Origin: Candidatus Altimarinota bacterium
GTDB lineage: Bacteria; Patescibacteriota; Gracilibacteria; UBA1369
Assembly: GCA_963677745.1 (NCBI GenBank)
Contig: OY782391.1
Location: 32,001 to 96,000, forward strand
DNA length: 64,000 bases
Direction of reading: 5' to 3'
In this document: positions 49,802-58,915 of the stretch, piece after piece
How the letters are laid out: every line of letters begins with the position of its first letter
Numbering within the stretch: the stretch's first letter is position 1
The notes under the pieces: model-generated
Seen by the model: only the letters and a program-made list of their open reading frames with translations
What the model was told of the DNA's origin: nothing
Database searches by the model: none
Position numbers and translations under genes: made by a program

Positions 49802-49999
49802 TTATTTTATTTTTTGTTTAGCGAGCCATTTAAGCGATTCCCTTGCGAGTTTTAACTTTTGTCGGTTGTTTTCGAGTGTTCGGGGATTGGGTCTGATCCC
49901 AACCTGGTAAATTTGCCATTCTAAATGCTCGATTCTTTCCTTTAAAAGATATTTTAAGAGTGCTTTTGGGTTGTCGATTGGCTTTGTTTTTGGTGTCAT
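49802..49999 (-). CDS. Phage hypothetical protein
   Basis: ORF in the leftward operon. Confidence 0.5.
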   Translation of the reverse strand: MTPKTKPIDNPKALLKYLLKERIEHLEWQIYQVGIRPNPRTLENNRQKLKLARESLKWLAKQKIK

Positions 50000-50344
50000 T
50001 TTTTGTTTGATAAGAAAATTTGACGATTTGGGTTGGCGTGAGCCCGGTTTCAGCCTGAATGAAAAGGATCGGGGCGTTCTTTCTAAGCAAGTCGAAAAGA
50101 CGCTCCCGGGTTTCGGTGAGCATTTTGTTTTTTTGGTTATATGTTAATGAAAGGGGAGAAAAATTAACGGGGGAGGTCTGTCATGTTAATTGCGGCTAAC
50201 TTGTTTTTTCCAATTCTTTCTTGGCTTTTTCAAGATCATCGGCAAGATACCTCAACGCGAAAATGTGTTCGTCCAGGGAATCGCAAAACCGCTGGGCGTT
50301 AATCACGGTGGCCAATAACAATAAGAATTTTTGAGTGTTTTCGT

Positions 50345-50749
50345 TCATTTTTTTGGGGTTAATAAATCCGAGTTTTCGTATATGTTTCCGATAAGTTCAA
50401 TGTCATAATCATAAAACTCACCTGCCCTATCCCGATATGTCGAAAGGGGGAAATACAACACAGAATTGTTGAACGCCCAAGTGTATTGATTGTATTCAAT
50501 GGCAAGGACTTTCCATTCAAAGTCGGGTTCTCCATGCTTCCAGTTTTCTTTCAGATTGTTTATGCGAACAAGGTCGCCTTCAAAAATTTCTTTTCCGTTT
50601 TTGTCGGTCAGGCCGGTAAACTGCATATAAACACAGTCAATAGTCGGATCAACGGCCGGCCTGATTCTGATTGCCTGTTCAAGGGAAAAAGGCTCTCCCA
50701 TTGTTTTGTCTGCCTTATTCCAAGCTCTAAATTTTATCGTTCTGGTCAT
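50345..50749 (-). CDS. YopX-family protein
   Basis: IKFRAW, MQFTGL.DKNGKEIFEGD and IGNIYEN. Confidence 0.92.
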   Translation of the reverse strand: MTRTIKFRAWNKADKTMGEPFSLEQAIRIRPAVDPTIDCVYMQFTGLTDKNGKEIFEGDLVRINNLKENWKHGEPDFEWKVLAIEYNQYTWAFNNSVLYFPLSTYRDRAGEFYDYDIELIGNIYENSDLLTPKK

Positions 50750-51044
50750 TGGTTGGTTGATTAATTGGTTTGATTTGGACTTCCAGATCTACAAGATATT
50801 TTTTTAGTAAAAAAATCGTTTTCGGATTCTGATAATCAAGCTGGTTGGCCTTGATCTGGTTACAGGTTTTGCATAGAAAGCGGAAGTTTTCGGCATCTTC
50901 GTAAACCGCGTCGATCTGCAGAAGTTGCCGCATTAATTGGACCGGGATAATATGATCGACTGTTTCAGCTTGGCGGCCGCATGGACAAAGATGGGTTTCC
51001 GCTTCTTGCTGCCAAAGAAACAGTTTGGAGTGTTTCTTTTTCAT
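50727..51044 (-). CDS. HNH endonuclease
   Basis: CPCG...TVDHIIP...N...LCKTCN..K. Confidence 0.85.
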   Translation of the reverse strand: MKKKHSKLFLWQQEAETHLCPCGRQAETVDHIIPVQLMRQLLQIDAVYEDAENFRFLCKTCNQIKANQLDYQNPKTIFLLKKYLVDLEVQIKPINQPTNDQNDKI

Positions 51045-52521
51045 TTATTTGTAGGTGTCAAGAATACCTTTTCTGATAGCTTCCCATTGTTCCTCGGTCA
51101 ATACCACGTCCAGCAGGCCAGTCGTAATTATCGGCTGGGGGATTTCAGCCATACCCTCTCTACGATTTGACCAATGGTTTTGGTGTTCCTCGTATTCTTG
51201 CCGCTGGGCATCGTATTTGGGATTATCTTCTTGTTTTGTGATTCGCAATTTGTAGTACATATTTTGGGGGTTAATTTGGATTATTTTTAATCGACTTTGA
51301 ACGTGTTCAAAATTTCCTCGGCTCTTTTTAAACTGTGCAGGTCGGATTGGAATTTTTCTATTGCCTGAGCTAAAACATTTTGAACAGAATCTCTTTGCAT
51401 AATTTTCTGGTGCGGCAATAGGGGGACTTTAGGCAGTTTTATGGAGCTGGGTTTGGGACCACTTCGGGGGTTAGGCAGTCCGGCTGCCTTACGTTTTGCC
51501 CACCAGGCTTTTTTTGCGGCCGCCTGCCTTTCCCTGGCGGACGTTGGGTTATCAGTTCCCATTTCCCCGGGATCCGATTCGTCAATAACATCGCTTTCAA
51601 ATTTAGCCTGTTGTCTCCGGGCTGGGGCAGTCATCATAAGGTATTGACGCCGGACCTCCATATAAAGGGATTTGTCGTCGGCCAGTTCACATTCAAGCGC
51701 ATCAAAGCTGGTCAGTCCGTCCAAAACACGTTTCGCGTGGTGTTTCGCTTTGTTTTCCCGTTCTTCGGACGCTCTTTCTTCTTCGTTTTTAGTCATTGTT
51801 TATTTCGTTAAAAGTTGGACTTCGGTCGGTGTCGGCATAGGGCTCGATCAGTTTATAGGCCGCATCGATCCGGCCCCGGGCATGAGCTGTAACGTCGTTA
51901 ATTTCCTTAAATAAAACGACCTCGCCCGATTCCAGCCGGCAGATAAGCTCTTTTGTGCAGGTCAGGGTTTGGGCCAGTTCGTCCTTGGCGTCCTGGTTGT
52001 TTGTTTGGTCAAACAGTTCTTGAGCTTCCGCATGGTGAGCATAAAGGCTGTCTAAAGGGTTTTTCATGGTTTTATTAGTGAATGAATTATGCGACGAAAC
52101 CAATTTCCCGGGAGGGGCTTTCCTTTTAAAAGGCCGACGGCTGTTTTTGTTCGCCTGATTGCCGCAACTCGGACCGTTGACCTGGTGGATTTTAGAGCCT
52201 TCCGATATTTGTTTCGTTTTGTAGGATCCTTTGGGGTTTTGATAAATCGAGCCCCTTTATTTTGGGTTGTTTTCATCTTAGGTTTTTAAGTGTTTCATTA
52301 AGCAAGTAACGGATCAGGTCAATTTCGCTTTCTATGCGATAACCTTCATAGGAAGCGGCCTCAGCGGTGGCCAAAACGTCCCGGGCTCTTTCAAGCCGGC
52401 ATTCATTATCGTGCCGAAGCCGGCCGGCCGGTTGTTCCTCGATGATGTCCTGGACCCGGGCAATTTCTTGTCTCGCTTCCTCCAATTCGGGTTTGATAAA
52501 GGATAGGGATAATTGGGTCAT
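51045..52521 (-). other. Run of small early-region hypothetical genes (51045-51260, 51287-51796, 51789-~52067, 52064-52276, 52273-52521)
   Basis: Tightly packed, often stop/start-overlapping minus-strand ORFs; no family recognised. Confidence 0.55.
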
Positions 52522-52715
52522 TCTTCTGGTTTGTAACAGTATAAAAAGCCGTAGTCGTTGGTTGCCGTCTTGCCACCTATTTCCTTGCAGTTAGAAAGTT
52601 CTGCAAGGTTTAATTGATGTCGTTTGGCTTGTAATTCCTCCCTTGTTTCGAGAGTTGAGCAGCCAAAAAGAAAAAGGGCCGTTGCCGCTAAAAGAAAAAT
52701 TACTTTTTTGGGCAT
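52518..52715 (-). CDS. Small lipoprotein
   Basis: MPKKVIFLLAATALFLFGC lipobox. Confidence 0.6.
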   Translation of the reverse strand: MPKKVIFLLAATALFLFGCSTLETREELQAKRHQLNLAELSNCKEIGGKTATNDYGFLYCYKPEE

Positions 52716-52883
52716 TTGATTGGCTTAATTTTTAAGTGAGCAAGGCGGTAGCCGGCGAGCGGCCAGTTGTGTTTCTCAGTTAGGGCAAGCCTGCGTGAAA
52801 GGAAAACGTCAGTCGGTATTCCATTAGGTAAAATTAAAAACCAAAGATGCCATTGTTTAACTTTTTTCATAAATTTTGTTTGT

Positions 52884-53222
52884 TTAAGAATATTGTTTGA
52901 TAATTTCGATAGCTTCGTCTGCCCCGTAGCAAATATGGGCGGCCACGTTGTCGCATTTATTCAGATCGTCGATCCATATTTGTTGGGTGTCGCTGACTTT
53001 GCTTTGTTTTCGTCGTTTCATTTCAATAAAAACAAGACTGTCTTTGACAATCACCAGTAAATCGGGCAGTCCGGGGCGTAAGCCCTGCCGATAGTTTTTA
53101 GCCTTTTGGGCGTTGCTGGTGGTGTAGGTTGAATTGGGGATCGCGGTAAACTTAAACCCGTTATATTCCAGCCATTCGACAAACGCTGCCTGTTCCTCGG
53201 CCTCTTTTGGTGTTTCATTCAT
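52884..53222 (-). CDS. VRR-NUC domain nuclease (Holliday junction resolvase-like)
   Basis: EQAAFV.WL, G..PGLPDL, FIEMK and S..Q..W. Confidence 0.88.
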   Translation of the reverse strand: MNETPKEAEEQAAFVEWLEYNGFKFTAIPNSTYTTSNAQKAKNYRQGLRPGLPDLLVIVKDSLVFIEMKRRKQSKVSDTQQIWIDDLNKCDNVAAHICYGADEAIEIIKQYS

Positions 53223-53503
53223 GGCCGGAGGGTTAGAATGTCTGGAAAAAGATCATAAAGTTTTCTTGCCTGGACAACCGATTGTCGAGCTGCCTTTTTT
53301 TTGTGTAATTTTGCATGGCATTTAGAGCAGCAAATTAAAAGGTTGTCTTTATGATTCAAATTCGGGTGTTTGGGGGCTTCGGAGCGGAAAACAATATGAT
53401 GGACTTCCCAAAAGAATGTCCGGCTTGTTCCGCACATCTGGCAGCTTAGAAACCCCTGTTGATCGATCAGTTCTTTCTTGGCTTCCGCTGCCGTTTCTAG
53501 CAT
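53219..53503 (-). CDS. HNH endonuclease
   Basis: CQMCG...EVHHIVFRS...NL...CSKCH..LH. Confidence 0.88.
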   Translation of the reverse strand: MLETAAEAKKELIDQQGFLSCQMCGTSRTFFWEVHHIVFRSEAPKHPNLNHKDNLLICCSKCHAKLHKKKAARQSVVQARKLYDLFPDILTLRP

Positions 53504-53972
53504 TGGTCGAGCGGTTTAATTGTGACCTCGAAATGCATATTTTCCGGGTAGGCTTCCAACCCGATCACCTGGGCAAACAAAGCGCGCTCGACTTCCATTT
53601 CGACGCCTATCTGGCCCCGGTTTTTTAGGGATTTGTTGTTCTTAACCAACACCTCGTTGGTGATAAATTTAATTTCTTGCATTGAAAATTTTTGTTATGT
53701 GTTAATTTTTGGGTAAATCTGCCTTATGCCGCATGATTCGATACACCAAATCACTTGGGCGTTGATCTTTTCAGCGGTGCGGATTGCCTCGTTTTCATAA
53801 TGAGATTCAAAAACGATTTGTCCGTCCTTCCGCACCTGGTATGAATTGGCCTCAAGGTCGGCCTGGTCGCGCTTTTTTTGTGATTCCTCCCAGATTTTCC
53901 GTTCCTGTTTGTCTTTCAGGCTTTCGGCTTCTGCGCCCTGCCATTGCTCAAACTTTTGTGTTTTTTTGGTCA

Positions 53973-54119
53973 TCAAGTTGTTGTTATTGGTGGATCCTCG
54001 GAAAGTAGTCCTTTACTTTTCAGGTATGCAATATGGGGGGAGGGCTTGGCCGGGACATAACGGCAGTTCCCCATTTTCTTTGCATTTTTCGCCCTCCGCC
54101 TATCTGCTCTATTTGTCAT
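53973..54119 (-). CDS. Small arginine-rich-motif protein (48 aa)
   Basis: Own translation MTNRADRRRAKNAKKMG...; its TGA overlaps the ATG of the next gene. Confidence 0.5.
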   Translation of the reverse strand: MTNRADRRRAKNAKKMGNCRYVPAKPSPHIAYLKSKGLLSEDPPITTT

Positions 54120-54642
54120 CAATTATTTGGTTAAAGTGTTTTTTGAGCGACGTTCGGGACGGGGCAGCTTGAGCCGGAGCAGGGGAGATTCAATTGTCCG
54201 TCAAACGTGACGTGTCCACGGACCTGACGGGCGAAACAATAGGTCAGCGGCAAACCCTCGTTATGCGCCTGGACAAAGTCCCAGCCGCAAGGTGCGGAGG
54301 CGTTACCGAGCCAGAAAAGAGCGACGAACATGGAAGCGATTAGTTTTTTCATTTTGATTGGGTTAATGAAATAAAAACTATTCACGAAATTTAATGCCCC
54401 AAATAAAAACTGTAATTGAGGCGGCGGCGAGCAGGGTCGCCAGTAGTGCGAAGCCAAACAGGGCAGCGGAAATTGTGTAAGTGATAAACATTAAGTAAGC
54501 TCCCCAAACGCAATTAAATAAAAGCAGGGAAAGCGTGCATGAGTGGATAGCGAATTTCATTTTGTTTTGGTTATTAATTAAGACGCCCGGGGCTGGCCCG
54601 GGTCGGGTAGGGCTGGTCAAGCCCCTTTGATTACGGTTGAAA

Positions 54643-55176
54643 CTACGGGAACAAAATCATGTTTTTTACTTTCGCGCGCCGGTTATAGCCGCAAAACTTC
54701 TTTTTTCCGCATGAAGTCGTCCAGTCTGGCTGGTTATAGACTTTCCAATGATATTCAGCGATTTCTTTAATCGAGATTTCCTTTTTCAGGATCCGGGCGA
54801 TCATTTCCTTATGGTAATAAGAATTCAGCCCGAAAGAATAATCCCAGCTCCCGTCCCGGTTGCGGTTCGGGTGTTTGATAAACGGGTCGAAACTTCCGTT
54901 TTCCGCTGCCATTGTCAGGATAAAGTCTTTATCTCCGCCGGAGACTTCCCAGAATATTCGGAGGGCATCTTGGGCAATCGCTCCTTTCCAGCTTCGGAAT
55001 ACTGGAAAGTTATTAACTGGGTTATCGTCTCCGATAAGGCCAACAGCTCCTTTATCAGGTTGTAGTGCGCCCGGAGCGTTCGCCAAATCATCACTTGCCC
55101 CGTCCCCAGGCAAAGAATCGCCAGGGCGAGAAATGACAGCAGAATTTCCATCGGAAGAGGGGTTAAAGTTTAACAT
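54643..55176 (-). CDS. Lysozyme-like / lytic transglycosylase domain (probably expressed as a frameshift fusion)
   Basis: TMAAENG with candidate catalytic Glu, NRDGSWDYSFGLN; starts with a disordered linker. Confidence 0.6.
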   Translation of the reverse strand: MLNFNPSSDGNSAVISRPGDSLPGDGASDDLANAPGALQPDKGAVGLIGDDNPVNNFPVFRSWKGAIAQDALRIFWEVSGGDKDFILTMAAENGSFDPFIKHPNRNRDGSWDYSFGLNSYYHKEMIARILKKEISIKEIAEYHWKVYNQPDWTTSCGKKKFCGYNRRAKVKNMILFP

Positions 55177-55205
55177 GCCGGTTTTCGGCTTAGCCGGCGT
55201 GCCGG

Positions 55206-55523
55206 TTAAAAAGAACAGTCCTGGTCCCGTTTCTTGGCCAGATCGTTTCTGTCGATGTTTTCAAGTTTCACCCCGTTCATATCATCTTCGAGTTTAAGAG
55301 AAGCTAAATTTTTTATTAATTCGCATCTTTTAACAGCGGTTTCATGCTCGAAATTTTCGAGGATTAACTGAGCAGCAGGGGATTGGGCCTGATAATTGTC
55401 TTTCGCCTGGACATCAGGTTGAGATATCCAAATATAAGCGCAGAAAGCCAGGACGACGATTGCCGTCAGTCCGATTACATTTTGCTTAATAGATAAGCCG
55501 TTTTTTGTTTTTTCAGTATTCAT
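55206..55523 (-). CDS. Single-TM membrane-anchored protein
   Basis: Basic N-terminus, TM helix, helical region; ends TCT TTT TAA. Confidence 0.65.
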   Translation of the reverse strand: MNTEKTKNGLSIKQNVIGLTAIVVLAFCAYIWISQPDVQAKDNYQAQSPAAQLILENFEHETAVKRCELIKNLASLKLEDDMNGVKLENIDRNDLAKKRDQDCSF

Positions 55524-55527
55524 TGTT

Positions 55528-55710
55528 TTATTTTTTAGTGGTTAATTTCCTTGCTGCTCTGTTGCAGCGATCGCAGCCGCTAACTTGCCAAGGTTCGTAA
55601 ACCTTTTCCCCACAATAGCGACATTCGTAGGGGGACATTGATAGGCGGCATTCAAAGCATTTGGTTTCCCAAATTCTTAAAGAATTGCCGCATTTACAGG
55701 TTCTAATCAT
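55528..55710 (-). CDS. Small Cys-rich zinc-finger protein
   Basis: Four Cys pairs in 60 aa. Confidence 0.5.
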   Translation of the reverse strand: MIRTCKCGNSLRIWETKCFECRLSMSPYECRYCGEKVYEPWQVSGCDRCNRAARKLTTKK

Positions 55711-56060
55711 GGCAAATTGAATTATGTTGCCTGACGTTGTTCTGGATCTGGTTTAGGGATTCGACCTGATGGACAAGCCGGAAAACCTGTTCAAAGTCCA
55801 GGGGATTGGTAATGTCGGCCAAATTTGATTTGACCTTTTGTTGATCTTGCATGATAATTGTTGGTGAATGAATGATTAAGGCCGTTTGCAGACGGTCTTT
55901 TTTAGTGCGCCATCGCTGGCGCGTGGTATTTGCAAAGCATTTCGCGACCCTGATCTTCGCCGTCGTCATCGTAAATGACGGCTTCGGTGACAGCGTGATT
56001 TTTGCAATTGGGAAAGTCGCAGGCGACATAGTCGCCGGCATCTTGTAATTTGTGCATAAT

Positions 56061-56732
56061 TTAGAAGTTAGGAGGTGAAATATCGCGGTCCGGGACGACA
56101 ATGTCGTTTAACCAAAGTTCTTTATCGGTTGCGGATCCGTCTTTTGGAGCGCGGTAATAAACCCTATCGCCGTTCTTAACTACTGCATACCAGGATCGGC
56201 CCTCAAAAGCCCCGGTTACCATATCGTTACCGTCTTTGTCCTTGCCCTGGTAAGTCCAGTATTTATTCTTTCCTTCCCGGGCCTGTTTTGCGGCTCTAGT
56301 AGGGGAATTGCCGTCCTCTTTTTGGTCATCTTTCTGGGTGTTTTTCCAGACATCTTTGCCTATTTCCAGATAGGAGCCAATCTTGGTGAGGGCATCGGTC
56401 ATGGCCCCTTTCAGGGCGTCGCCCTTGTCCTCGTTGTCGTTTCCACCAAACTGTTCAAGCTCGATGTCATATTCTTGGACGGTAAAAGTTGCCTTGACAG
56501 TAAGCATTCGGGAAACTTTTTGCTCACCTTGTTTTGTCGTATATTCGCGATTTTCCTCGCCCAAACATTCGGCCTTTAATTTCCAGCCGCCTATTCCAAA
56601 CACTTGGTTTAGACGTTCGGTTACATAGATGGCGTTAATTGAGGAAAGGTGTCGTTTGGTCGGGTGCGGTTTGATTGCTTCGGGCGGTAAAGGCTCTCGA
56701 AGCATCGCCGCCAGATTTTCAGGTAGTTTCAT
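56061..56732 (-). CDS. Rad52/Sak-like single-strand annealing protein
   Basis: LREPLP, YVTERLNQVFG..GW and KGAMTDAL.K....L.IG. Confidence 0.85.
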   Translation of the reverse strand: MKLPENLAAMLREPLPPEAIKPHPTKRHLSSINAIYVTERLNQVFGIGGWKLKAECLGEENREYTTKQGEQKVSRMLTVKATFTVQEYDIELEQFGGNDNEDKGDALKGAMTDALTKIGSYLEIGKDVWKNTQKDDQKEDGNSPTRAAKQAREGKNKYWTYQGKDKDGNDMVTGAFEGRSWYAVVKNGDRVYYRAPKDGSATDKELWLNDIVVPDRDISPPNF

Positions 56733-56800
56733 TGGATTAATTGGTTACAGAAAAAGACCTGTCATTGAGGCAGGGGCAATTTCTTTCGTTTATAGAGGCT

Positions 56801-57049
56801 TTACGCCTTTTTTGTGTAGCGATTCCCAGTCTTGCGATTAGGGAAGCTATAACGGGATTTGCGTTTAAAAGCGTCCATTTTGGCTAACAGTTCAGGCGCA
56901 AACCTTGCAGCGAGCGTATAATTTAGAAGCTCGGTAATGGTGGTCTGATCTTGGACAGCCTTTTTTTTCATAGAATCAATAATCGACCTATGAATTCGGA
57001 ATCGACTTTCTTTCGCGTCCTCCCGTGGGAACAGTCCGATTATTGGCAT
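56801..57049 (-). CDS. Ribbon-helix-helix-like DNA-binding protein (candidate regulator)
   Basis: SRFRIHRSIIDSMKKKAVQDQTTITELLNYTL pattern; first gene of the leftward operon. Confidence 0.55.
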   Translation of the reverse strand: MPIIGLFPREDAKESRFRIHRSIIDSMKKKAVQDQTTITELLNYTLAARFAPELLAKMDAFKRKSRYSFPNRKTGNRYTKKA

Positions 57050-57075
57050 AAGAGATGGAAATTAATTTGTTGGTA

Positions 57076-57104
57076 TTGACCGCATGGCGGCTGCGGAATA
57101 TAAT
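57076..57104 (+). promoter_or_regulatory. Near-consensus sigma70 promoter pointing out through attR
   Basis: TTGACC-N17-TATAAT. An overlapping minus-strand TTGCAA-N16-TATTAT (57127-57100) could drive the leftward operon. Confidence 0.65.
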
Positions 57105-57153
57105 ATCACCGTATTTGATCTTTGCAATCCAGGGATTCCCAGACTTCTCTAGC

Positions 57154-57181
57154 ATTTCGCACAAGATACATTGTGCAAAAT
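57154..57181 (+). repeat. attR, dif-like 11-6-11 site
   Basis: ATTTCGCACAA GATACA TTGTGCAAAAT; the arms are inverted repeats matching at 10 of 11 positions. Confidence 0.88.
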
Positions 57182-57223
57182 AAACATATATTCAAAAGTT
57201 ACTGTTCCCCGTTAATTATCGTC

Positions 57224-58888
57224 CTATGAATAGTTGCCATGGTTTACAGGCACATTCAATCTCTTTGCCAGATTTTCAACTGTCATATTCTTCAGTGAAT
57301 CTGAATTTTGAGTTTCCAGAAATTTATAACAAGCAGCCGCTTTGCTTCCGCTGTCAAGACCCAGCATGAAATTTACAAACCTTACTCTGTTTTGAATAGC
57401 CAGCAAATCCCCATAATCCCCTTTTGGAGTGCCTTCATTATTGTTTTTGCCGCTAATTATCATCATCAGATTTCTAAATACAATGGCCTGCGTCGGATTC
57501 ATCGGCACCTTGGCAATATCGGTCGGAACAAAGAGTTTTGATGCCATCTCATACATGGCACGATTGGAAATAATCGAATTTAGTTCAGGACTTACGTAGC
57601 CACGCTCCGGACTATTGGAAGATTCCATTTCGTGGCCAAGATACAATATATTAACCTCTTTTTTAAATTCATTTTCACCAACAACAGCTGATCCGTTAAT
57701 CACACTGTCATTAAAAATATAGACGTTTTTAGGCTTTCCCTGTTCATCCAACAAAGGTTTTCCGTTCTCCATCAATTGTCTTACCTGAAATTCCGATACC
57801 TGACCTTCTCCGCTTTTACTCGGAAATTTAATCTGATATACCCCCGGCCTGATCTGATTGATGGCAATTTCAGTGTTTTCCGACAATTTGCTACCGGCTG
57901 AAATGTCAACATAGCCATAATCGGAACCGTTGAAGGTGGAAGGAGCGGTTGAAGCCACGGTTTTCGTTGCTTCCTCCTGTTTTTTCTGCTGTTCTTCCAG
58001 TTCTTTCGCTTTTGCTTCAGCCAATTTAGCCAATTCCTCATTCCATTTTTCCTCAGTCATCGTTTCGTCGCCCATCCAGGCCACCATATCCGTATTTAAA
58101 TCCTTGACTGTTTTCTTGGCCACCAGCATTTGTTTGTAGTCGCCCATCAGATCAGCAAACAGGCTTTCTATACTTGTTTTCAGGGGCTCAATGGCTACTT
58201 TATCTCCAAGATCGGAAAATACTCCTTCCTTGAATCCTTTTAGCAGACCATCCTTCAATTTTGCCTGTTCCGACCCTTCCGCATTAAAATAATCCTCGAT
58301 CTTGATGCGATTGTCAGGATTGTCAAAAAACGCAGCGCTTTTAACATTTATTTCTTCGGCTTTCTTTGCTTTACCCGCTTCCCTCTTTTCCGGATCCTCC
58401 TCCTTGGTCAGGTCTGTGTAAATTTGGTCGACATACTTGGTAATTCTTTTAAGCATCAATTCATTCCGGATATTCTCCAATTCTTTTTCCTGATTTTTCA
58501 AAACAAATTCTTCAATGGACATACTGCTTCTGACCGGCTTGCCGTTTTCATCCAATGCAGTCAGGTATTGATCCCGCCAACCATCCGGTTTGCGGTAACT
58601 CTCCGTATTCCATTTAAAATCCCTGAATACTTTTTCATAGGCTTTTTCAGGATTTTGCAGCATCTCCTCTTCCTGATTTTTCTTTTCTTCCTGCTCATTC
58701 ATTTTGGCTCTGACTTCTTCGCGCACGCTGGAAATCCTTTCAGCTTTTTTAGTCTGAAAACTTTCGCGTTTTTTCTCACGCAATCTGTTCAGCATCGCCA
58801 AATTATCGGCTGCCAAACCGGGCATTTTCCGCGGTTCTCCTGGGGCTTGTTCGATCGGGTGCGTTTCTAATGGTTTGGCTGGGGACAT
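57224..58888 (-). CDS. Hypothetical E/K-rich protein
   Basis: 554-aa ORF, coiled-coil rich; no family recognised. Confidence 0.7.
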   Translation of the reverse strand: MSPAKPLETHPIEQAPGEPRKMPGLAADNLAMLNRLREKKRESFQTKKAERISSVREEVRAKMNEQEEKKNQEEEMLQNPEKAYEKVFRDFKWNTESYRKPDGWRDQYLTALDENGKPVRSSMSIEEFVLKNQEKELENIRNELMLKRITKYVDQIYTDLTKEEDPEKREAGKAKKAEEINVKSAAFFDNPDNRIKIEDYFNAEGSEQAKLKDGLLKGFKEGVFSDLGDKVAIEPLKTSIESLFADLMGDYKQMLVAKKTVKDLNTDMVAWMGDETMTEEKWNEELAKLAEAKAKELEEQQKKQEEATKTVASTAPSTFNGSDYGYVDISAGSKLSENTEIAINQIRPGVYQIKFPSKSGEGQVSEFQVRQLMENGKPLLDEQGKPKNVYIFNDSVINGSAVVGENEFKKEVNILYLGHEMESSNSPERGYVSPELNSIISNRAMYEMASKLFVPTDIAKVPMNPTQAIVFRNLMMIISGKNNNEGTPKGDYGDLLAIQNRVRFVNFMLGLDSGSKAAACYKFLETQNSDSLKNMTVENLAKRLNVPVNHGNYS

Positions 58889-58915
58889 TTTTTGGCATTA
58901 AATCCCCATATTATA

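Larger units (their letters stand above)
23860..57181. mobile_element. Prophage, podovirus-like (P22-type portal/nozzle), predicted excised circle 33,294 bp
   Basis: Replication, packaging, capsid, short-tail, ejection, lysis and recombinase genes between two dif-like direct repeats; no tape-measure or tail-sheath gene seen. Confidence 0.9.

Noticed and set aside
53995-54115. Pseudoknotted ribozyme-like RNA (GGAGGGC/GCCCTCC, ATGCAA/TTGCAT pairings)
   Set aside because: The helix order does not fit HDV-like or hammerhead cores, and the region is explained by a translationally coupled 48-aa ORF.
55703-56101. 132-aa ORF as a single gene
   Set aside because: Its 5' part overlaps Rad52/Sak and an alternative-frame ~51-aa Cys/His ORF (MHKLQDAGDYVACDFPNC...); only the MQDQQK... 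part from ~55852 looks real.
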